Positions 26,499 through 32,000 of a stretch of DNA of 32,000 nucleotides are shown here, one piece after another. The notes beneath the pieces are model-generated. The model was not told the origin of the DNA and did not search any database. It saw only the letters and a list, made by a program, of their open reading frames with translations. Location: NCBI GenBank assembly GCA_965219535.1, contig CBDCNV010000001.1, forward strand, positions 1,440,001 through 1,472,000. The letters run 5' to 3'. Position numbers and translations under genes: made by a program. The DNA is from Opitutales bacterium. Lineage in GTDB: Bacteria; Verrucomicrobiota; Verrucomicrobiia; Opitutales; PNEW01. Position 1 is the stretch's first letter. Every line of letters begins with the position of its first letter.

Positions 26499-27044
26499 AT
26501 GAAACACTATGCTAGAAATGCGATTGCTTTAGTTTTCATAGGCGTAATTTATCTTACTCCCGGTGACGTCACTGCTCATCATGGCGGTAAGGTCCATATT
26601 TCACCCTTTCTAAAGCTTTATGTGAGAATAATTGATAATTCAAGCATCGGTTCTGACGGCAGTTTCGGTTCGGAATTATCCGAACTGGATCGCTTTCGTT
26701 TCATGAGTGAGACTATAACTGAGACCTTTGAAGCGGGTGAATATCCGGTCACTTTAAAATTTGTTCGCTTTGGCAAAGATATTCCTCCGGATGTAAACGT
26801 CCTCACGATTTCTATCATTCGTTGGACACTGAACCGAGTCGGTGAGTATGAGACGCGGATTTTTGCCAAGCTGAAAGCACGTAAAGGGAAAATCAATCTT
26901 GGCTATTTTGTCGGACGCACTATTACGGTTAATATTCCCGATCGAGATAAAGTAATAAAAAATTTCAAAATGTCGGCGAGGGAAGCCCTGGAAAAACTTC
27001 TCCCTGAGCTACAGGCGCGGACGCTCCCGAGGAAATTTAATTGA
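26499..27044 (+). CDS. Hypothetical secreted protein (181 aa)
   Basis: It has an N-terminal hydrophobic signal-like segment (AIALVFIGVIYLTPGDVTA). I recognised no family. Confidence 0.6.
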   Translation: MKHYARNAIALVFIGVIYLTPGDVTAHHGGKVHISPFLKLYVRIIDNSSIGSDGSFGSELSELDRFRFMSETITETFEAGEYPVTLKFVRFGKDIPPDVNVLTISIIRWTLNRVGEYETRIFAKLKARKGKINLGYFVGRTITVNIPDRDKVIKNFKMSAREALEKLLPELQARTLPRKFN

Positions 27045-27070
27045 GTTATGCGCCCAAAGTATTACTTTAG

Positions 27071-27101
27071 TTTACACTTTTCATAAACTGCGAAGGATAA
27101 T
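27071..27101 (+). promoter_or_regulatory. Possible sigma-70-type promoter for tRNA-Arg
   Basis: TTTACA (27071-76) and GATAAT (27096-101) are separated by a long 19-nt spacer. The -10 element ends 9 nt before the mature tRNA 5' end. Confidence 0.3.
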
Positions 27102-27110
27102 TCATATTAC

Positions 27111-27186
27111 GCGGGAGTAGCTCAGTGGATAGAGCAGCGGTTTTCTAAACCGTTGGTCGGGAGTTCGAATCTCCCCTCCCGTACCA
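27111..27186 (+). tRNA. tRNA-Arg (anticodon UCU), CCA encoded
   Basis: I folded it by hand. The acceptor is GCGGGAG/CTCCCGT (one G-U), the D arm GCTC/GAGC, the anticodon arm GCGGT/ACCGT with loop TTTCTAA (anticodon TCT), the variable loop 5 nt, and the T arm GGGAG-TTCGAAT-CTCCC. The discriminator is A, followed by CCA. Confidence 0.93.
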
Positions 27187-27280
27187 TTTTAATGGCTAAA
27201 GTCGATAAGGTGGTGAGAAAGCAATTGAAAAGAATTAAGTGTAGAACATACTTTTAGTCCGGAAACTGTGTGAGATCTCA

Positions 27281-27757
27281 ATGATGAAAGTAAAATCGGA
27301 TCCAATCTACGCTGTTCATAGACTTGTATACTGTGCGATTATTTTTGTCCTGATCTTCAGTGTCGGGTGTACTTCGATCAAGTTAATAGCCGATTACGAT
27401 GAAGTAATCGACAGTTCAGTCACTGAGTTTCAAAGGAATATGGAGGCGCATTTAATCAAGCTGGAGCGAAATATTGGGACAGATGATGCGAGCCACGAAA
27501 ACAGTATCGATTTTTATGATGAAGCTAGAGTCGAGTTAAGTTCAATGAGGGTGCGGGCCGCCGCGATTCCTAAAAATGAACTCACCTTGACGCAGATAGA
27601 ACTGTTAATCCGGAATCTTGAAAATCTGGAAAAAATACATGAATTGGGGATCGATGCGAATGACATTCCCCCTTTAAGAAATGCTTTTAATACCGGCACA
27701 ACGGCTATCTTAAAACTGGAATTAGCCAAAAAACGGGGTATTGAAGATGAGGAATAA
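27281..27757 (+). CDS. Hypothetical probable lipoprotein (158 aa, helical)
   Basis: A hydrophobic N-terminus ends in ..LIFSVGC (lipobox-like, Cys30). The rest is charged and helical. I recognised no family. Confidence 0.6.
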   Translation: MMKVKSDPIYAVHRLVYCAIIFVLIFSVGCTSIKLIADYDEVIDSSVTEFQRNMEAHLIKLERNIGTDDASHENSIDFYDEARVELSSMRVRAAAIPKNELTLTQIELLIRNLENLEKIHELGIDANDIPPLRNAFNTGTTAILKLELAKKRGIEDEE

Positions 27758-27778
27758 TTTAATTGGGAGGATTATAAG

Positions 27779-28111
27779 ATGACGGATATCGACCTTTCTG
27801 ATTTAGTGGCAAGTATGCTCAGGGCTGCTGGGGATTCACTTAAAGACAAGTGGCCGGAGTCAAAAGATTATGCCGAATCGGAATTTAAAAAAATAGGTGA
27901 AACTATTATTTTCATTAGCCAGGAAGTTTCAGCTGGAAGGATGAGTGAGGAAAAAGCCAAATTACATTTGGAAATTCAAAAAAATTCATCGAAAATGGTC
28001 ATCTTGACATTAGAAGGACTGGGATTGCTGGCAGTGGAAGCAGCAATCAACGCGGCCCTGAAAGTCGTTACCGACACCGTTAATTCCGCGATCGGCTTCG
28101 CCTTGCTTTAA
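27779..28111 (+). CDS. Hypothetical small protein (110 aa) with a hydrophobic Gly/Ala-rich C-terminal segment
   Basis: It is the only start in the window with a clear Shine-Dalgarno (GGGAGG at 27765-27770, 8 nt upstream). It begins 21 nt after the lipoprotein gene. Its 3' end overlaps the convergent lipase gene by 32 nt. Confidence 0.6.
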   Translation: MTDIDLSDLVASMLRAAGDSLKDKWPESKDYAESEFKKIGETIIFISQEVSAGRMSEEKAKLHLEIQKNSSKMVILTLEGLGLLAVEAAINAALKVVTDTVNSAIGFALL

Positions 28112-29123
28112 GCGAGGTATTACGTTTGCTCGCGTAGGCTTCCAGCTTTTTACAGTAATTTAAAATAAAATGATCGGTGGCTCCGGCTTGCCAATTTACA
28201 GTTACCCTTTTAATTAATCTGAAAGCGCGATCGATAATCGTTGGGTTTTGAATAAGCCGCAAATCACTGAAATCTTCCTTACAAGCGGTGAGGTAGCGCA
28301 TATCCGCGTGGTGCCGATAACCAACCAATCTTTGCAGGAGTCTGATGATGAAATTACTGACAACAGGAATGGCAAAGAATTCAAAAAAAGCTATTAAGGC
28401 GTGGGACAAATAAGCGGGTGGAACGCGCGGCACCAAATCGGCCGCATTGATTACCCGGTAAATGGGTGTCTTAATATTATCACCGAACTCTGATGAAGCA
28501 ACTCTTGGACTGCCGAAGGTATAACAGGCTCCGAGACTATCGGAGACGAGAAACTTTGTAGCCAATAAAGCCAAGGCTCCACCGAGAGAATGCCCGGTGA
28601 TATATAATGCACAGCCGGAATTCTCGATAGTGTTAAGTGCGCTTTCAATTTGCGGCTTTAAATCATTAAATGCTTTATAAAAACCACCATGTATCTTGCT
28701 GCCATCCGTTTCGATCATCGGTGCCTTGAGATCTGTTTTTATATCTCTGATGTCTTTTTCGGTCCCTCTAAATGAAAGCACCCCCATATTATACTTCGCA
28801 CTCGTCGCCAGAAATGCCTGGGTGCCATTGTGATTAAATGTTTTTATTAACTCAAATTCAGCCTTTGCTAAATAAGCGCGTAATTCTTCGATCGCTTGAT
28901 CCGCCGATTGTCGTTGTTCAGCAAGCAGCTTTTCCAAAGTTTCTTTGATATCTTTTTCGTCAGTTACATCGGCGAGGGCTTTGGCGATCGAAGTTAACTC
29001 TACGCTTCCTTCAAATTTGAAATAAGCCAAGCGTGACATTTCAGCCAGGAGTAGTGCGCTGCGGTCACTGTAGGCTGCTCTTTTGACAGGCGGGGTCAGT
29101 AGAATCTCGTTTTCAAAATACAT
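28080..29123 (-). CDS. Class-3 lipase family alpha/beta hydrolase (no signal peptide)
   Basis: Lipase_3 pattern: SFRGT..D, HGGF, nucleophile elbow YITGHSLGGALALLA, YTFGSPRV and YRVINAADLVPRVP. The track ORF starts at a TTG at 29144, and the ATG at 29123 (MYFENE..) is more likely. Confidence 0.8.
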   Translation of the reverse strand: MYFENEILLTPPVKRAAYSDRSALLLAEMSRLAYFKFEGSVELTSIAKALADVTDEKDIKETLEKLLAEQRQSADQAIEELRAYLAKAEFELIKTFNHNGTQAFLATSAKYNMGVLSFRGTEKDIRDIKTDLKAPMIETDGSKIHGGFYKAFNDLKPQIESALNTIENSGCALYITGHSLGGALALLATKFLVSDSLGACYTFGSPRVASSEFGDNIKTPIYRVINAADLVPRVPPAYLSHALIAFFEFFAIPVVSNFIIRLLQRLVGYRHHADMRYLTACKEDFSDLRLIQNPTIIDRAFRLIKRVTVNWQAGATDHFILNYCKKLEAYASKRNTSLKARRSRSRN

Positions 29124-29265
29124 AGTGTCCCTTTTTTTTATCAAGTGGGAATATAGCGATTTATAAACTCAGTGTTTAATATTTATAAATATCATTACAA
29201 ATAACCGCGATCACCATCCGTTATTTGTTTCCCATAAGAAGTAAGTTAATTTATAGTTGGGTGAT

Positions 29266-29625
29266 ATGAAAAAATCACTAAAAGGAGCGCTTATATCAGG
29301 TTTGGTATTTCCCGGTCTGGGTCAAGTTATCCTAAAAGGTTATAAACGAGGTGCCCTTTTGATCCTGATGATCTCAGTCGCTATGCTGATTTTCATTTTG
29401 AAGGCAGTCGAACAAGCCTTTATCATCTTGGAAAATGTTGAATCAGCGGGTGGAGCATTAGATATGAATGCGCTCTTAAACGCTGCTGCGGAGGCTTCTA
29501 CTTCACCAGCCAATAGTGCAATGAATTATGCCCTATCATTTATTTTTCTCTGCTGGTTATATTCGATTATAGATGCTTTCCTGTTGGGAAGAAGAAGGGA
29601 CAGGGAAATGCGTGAAAGCGTGTAA
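29266..29625 (+). CDS. Small membrane protein (about 119 aa, 2-3 TM segments)
   Basis: Hydrophobic segments include GALISGLVFPGLGQVIL, ALLILMISVAMLIFIL and ALSFIFLCWLYSIIDAFLL. The track ORF starts at a TTG at 29257, with an ATG at 29266. The last 6 codons and the stop are supplied by the octamer repeat. Confidence 0.6.
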   Translation: MKKSLKGALISGLVFPGLGQVILKGYKRGALLILMISVAMLIFILKAVEQAFIILENVESAGGALDMNALLNAAAEASTSPANSAMNYALSFIFLCWLYSIIDAFLLGRRRDREMRESV

Positions 29626-29690
29626 GCGTGAAAACGGGATAGCGTTAATGAGAATATGCGTGAATGCGGTGATGCGGTGATGCGGTGTGC
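29607..29690 (+). repeat. Octamer-periodic array (WATGCGNN)n spanning the stop codon of 29257..29625
   Basis: It reads AATGCGTG AAAGCGTG TAAGCGTG AAAACGGG ATAGCGTT AATGAGAA TATGCGTG AATGCGGT GATGCGGT GATGCGGT. The stop at 29623-25 is the TAA of unit 3. Confidence 0.8.
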
Positions 29691-30004
29691 AGCAATTTGC
29701 TGGAAGTAGATTCTATTAAGTAACTTGTAATGCATTTAGGATTTAAGTGCGCTATTCATTTTTTCGGTTTTTAACATTTTTACTGGTTAAAACCCACGAA
29801 ATATATGTCTATTACCTATAGATTTCTTAAAAGTCGCTCTGAGAGAACGATTAGGGTTTGATTTTTACCTTAAATTTGTTAGACATAACGTTCGCTTTTA
29901 TTCCTGGGAGAAGTAATTTAATGGCAATGAAGCGACCAGTAACTTGAATTATTCCCAAGCCTGTGCGAAAAAATCTGAATCGAAAATACTCATTCGGCTG
30001 ATTA

Positions 30005-30442
30005 ATGACTAAGAAGGTATACATAATCGAAGACGACGAATTGACCTCTAAAATGATCACGAAGGTCATTGATACGTACTTCGATGATATAGAAGTGATT
30101 GGAAGCAATCAAAATGGGCAGAGTGGAGTCGGCGAATGTGTGAAGTTGAATCCCGATCTCGCGATTGTTGATATACGTTTGCCTGATGTAAATGGATTAG
30201 AAATATTACACATCCTTAAAAGAAGGCATCCGCAAATGAAAGTTTTGATTTATTCAGGGATCCTGAATCTTAATGCCATAAAACGCGCGCATCAGGGGAT
30301 GGCAGACGGGATTATTGAGAAATCATAAGGCATTGAAGAACTAAAGGCGGCAATTGAAGCTATCGTCTCGGGCCGGTCTTATTATAGCCCGATAGTTACC
30401 GAGCAGTTACTTCAACACGAAGTTATAAGTTTGGAGAGCTAG
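30005..30442 (+). pseudogene. Response-regulator receiver domain gene interrupted by an in-frame TAA (30326-30328) and lacking an output domain
   Basis: The receiver features are complete: EDDE, phospho-acceptor in AIVDIRLPDVNG, YSG, and the conserved Lys in IIEKS. After the TAA the same frame continues with the conserved alpha5 segment GIEELKAAIEAIVSGRSYYSPIVTEQLL.. up to a TAG at 30440-42. Confidence 0.6.
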
Positions 30443-30447
30443 GGTAA

Positions 30448-30489
30448 GCAATTGCGGATTGCGGAATTCGGATGTCGGACTTCGCTCTT
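30448..30489 (+). repeat. Heptamer array (CGGAWTK)n right after the response-regulator reading frame
   Basis: It reads GCAATTG CGGATTG CGGAATT CGGATGT CGGACTT CGCTCTT, starting 6 nt after the TAG at 30440-42. Confidence 0.65.
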
Positions 30490-30763
30490 GGTAGGGAATG
30501 AGGGATGTCGCCCAAGCGATAGTGAGGCTCGGTAGCCGATTGGAGCTGGATAAATGACTGCTAGAAAAGTCATGGGTATTCAGTGAATAATCGATACCAG
30601 TTCATTGCTCTTGTTATTGTGAGCTTATGCAAATCACTTCAATGACACGCTAATTCTGGTATTAGAAAATATTTCTGCCCTATCCTTTAATAATTTATTG
30701 CAGCGAGCCCGATAAATAGAAACGCTGAATTTTATTTCAACATTGGAGAAAGAGTAGAAAAAT

Positions 30764-31876
30764 ATGTTAAATGAATTATCAATTATAAAAAAAGGTAAGA
30801 GCGGCAGATTTTCATCCTGGGATACGACCGGGAGAAACTCAGACGCATGGATTATTGGTCCAGGGGAATCACGTGTATTAGCAGACATTAAAGGACCCGG
30901 TGCTATCACTCACATCTGGATGACACAGATTAAACACTACCGTGAATGCTTACTAAAGTTCACCTGGGATAATGCCAAAAAACCGAGCGTTGTTGTTCCC
31001 CTCGGAGATTTTTTCTGCCTCGGGCATAGTATCGTTAATAGTTTCGAATCACTTTTGTTTACCGCTTCAACGCAGCACAACCATTGCTTTAATAATGGGT
31101 GCGCACTAAACAGTTATGCATCCATGCCATTTACGGAACGCGCGGTTGTAGAACTGGTTAATGAGAGTAATGAGGTCCATAAACAATATTTTTATATCGA
31201 TTATGAAACTTTCGATGAACCCAAAACTGAACATGGATATTTCCACGCGGAGTTTCGACGCTCCTATCCTTTTGGTGGATGGGGGGCGGAAATAGAAGTT
31301 AATACAGGTGAAGCTAATATCATAAATAAAGGTGAACTCGCATGGGACAGCAACTACGTCATTCTTGAGACCAAGGGACATGGCCATTACATCGGCTGCA
31401 ATCTTTCGGTCACCAATTTCAAAGGAGAATGGTGGGGTGAAGGCGATGATATGATTTGGGTCGATGGGTACAAGTGGCCGCCGGACCTTCATGGAACCGG
31501 GAGCGAGGACTACCTGAATCAGGCATATACGATGCAGCCTAATGCTTTCCTTCGCAACGGTTCATCCGTTTATGAACATAGTACCAAGGGCTATCAGACG
31601 AGCTATGTGTTCCACGTCGAAAACCCCATCAGATTCGAGAAAGAGATCAAGGTGACGATGGAACATGGGCATGGAAATCATTTAGCTAATGAGATGTCAT
31701 CTGTCGCTTATTGGTACGCTGATGCCCCCGGTCGCGTCGCGTCGCCACCACCCGTCGCGAAACGTTTGGCCGTCCCCCGCGATAATCAAGGTAATTGGCT
31801 CCACGATAAACGTAATCAGTGTCCGGGAAAAAAGATTCCGCTCAACGCGGAAATGAAAAGGAAGCTAGGCAAATAA
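30764..31876 (+). CDS. DUF2961 family protein (family whose characterised members are GH172 glycoside hydrolases)
   Basis: The N-terminal segment SSWDTTGRNSDAWIIGPGESRVLADIKGPGAITHIWMT is the pattern I associate with DUF2961. The ORF is 370 aa. Confidence 0.7.
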   Translation: MLNELSIIKKGKSGRFSSWDTTGRNSDAWIIGPGESRVLADIKGPGAITHIWMTQIKHYRECLLKFTWDNAKKPSVVVPLGDFFCLGHSIVNSFESLLFTASTQHNHCFNNGCALNSYASMPFTERAVVELVNESNEVHKQYFYIDYETFDEPKTEHGYFHAEFRRSYPFGGWGAEIEVNTGEANIINKGELAWDSNYVILETKGHGHYIGCNLSVTNFKGEWWGEGDDMIWVDGYKWPPDLHGTGSEDYLNQAYTMQPNAFLRNGSSVYEHSTKGYQTSYVFHVENPIRFEKEIKVTMEHGHGNHLANEMSSVAYWYADAPGRVASPPPVAKRLAVPRDNQGNWLHDKRNQCPGKKIPLNAEMKRKLGK

Positions 31877-31916
31877 TTAAGTTTTCTGTGAGGCCTTTGA
31901 TTGTCATATATAATCG

Positions 31917-32000
31917 ATGACCGCAGGTTTAGAGAATGATCCCTCGACCCTGGTTCTAGATGTCGGAAAGACGCATGTTAAAGTTCTCGTTTTGAGTGAG
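31917..32000 (+). CDS. 5' fragment of a probable FGGY-type carbohydrate kinase (runs off the window)
   Basis: I translated it by hand: MTAGLENDPSTLVLDVGKTHVKVLVLSE. The LVLDVGKT..K segment resembles the N-terminal phosphate-1 motif of the sugar-kinase/ASKHA fold. Only 28 codons are visible. Confidence 0.35.
   Translation, partial: MTAGLENDPSTLVLDVGKTHVKVLVLSE

Noticed and set aside
29526-30108. Track ORFs 29526..29735 (-) and 29851..30108 (-).
   Set aside because: The first is the antisense translation of the octamer array and the end of the membrane-protein gene. The second overlaps the response-regulator start antisense and has an AT-rich, low-complexity product.
30326-30328. The in-frame TAA in the response regulator as evidence for stop-codon reassignment.
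   Set aside because: TAA is used as a normal terminator by many well-defined genes in this window, including glnK, sodA, efp and 3466..4440. A genome-wide recoding of TAA is therefore not supported.
4438-30489. Whether the short tandem arrays could be CRISPR arrays.
   Set aside because: The units are 7-8 nt with no unique spacers between them, whereas CRISPR repeats are 23 nt or longer and alternate with spacers of similar length. There are no cas genes in the window.
27187-32000. A direct repeat of the tRNA-Arg 3' end (attR) that would delimit an integrated element.
   Set aside because: Only an 8-9-nt chance match (TTCGAATC near 31044, inside the DUF2961 gene) was seen, and there is no integrase gene. 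I therefore report the region only as a possible decayed island.

Overview
This is a 32-kb chromosomal window from a Gram-negative bacterium, with GC in the mid-40s % by eye. Most start codons lack a Shine-Dalgarno. The fused lpxC-fabZ, Arg32-type EF-P, S55-like peptidase and DUF2961 genes suggest a PVC/Verrucomicrobiota-like or FCB-like lineage, but that is inference only. I support about 33 protein genes and one tRNA-Arg(UCU). Most are housekeeping: amtB-glnK, an SDR, a GNAT, aspS, gpmA, a Ca2+/cation antiporter, rpmB, an aldo/keto reductase, sodA, efp, lpxC/fabZ-lpxA and a small TonB-dependent receptor. Three blocks are less ordinary. (i) A secreted S55-like protease plus beta-propeller/Ig pair at 6732-10752. 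(ii) A tight four-gene operon at 22803-26422: arsC-like phosphatase, GT-C-like membrane protein, HupE/UreJ-like protein, EamA transporter. (iii) A stretch after tRNA-Arg (27111-30763) with small hypothetical genes, a signal-less class-3 lipase and a response-regulator gene carrying an in-frame TAA. I saw no CRISPR array, transposase, integrase or recognisable defence gene. The most unusual signal is non-coding. A dispersed family of degenerate tandem arrays with 7-8-nt periodicity starts at or inside stop codons. The six octamer arrays all lie in the sense orientation of the upstream gene. These arrays combine with near-identical core modules (35/36, 25/25 and 32/33 nt identical between loci) and fill two convergent intergenic regions exactly from stop codon to stop codon. 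I do not recognise this as a named repeat family, and its function is unknown.
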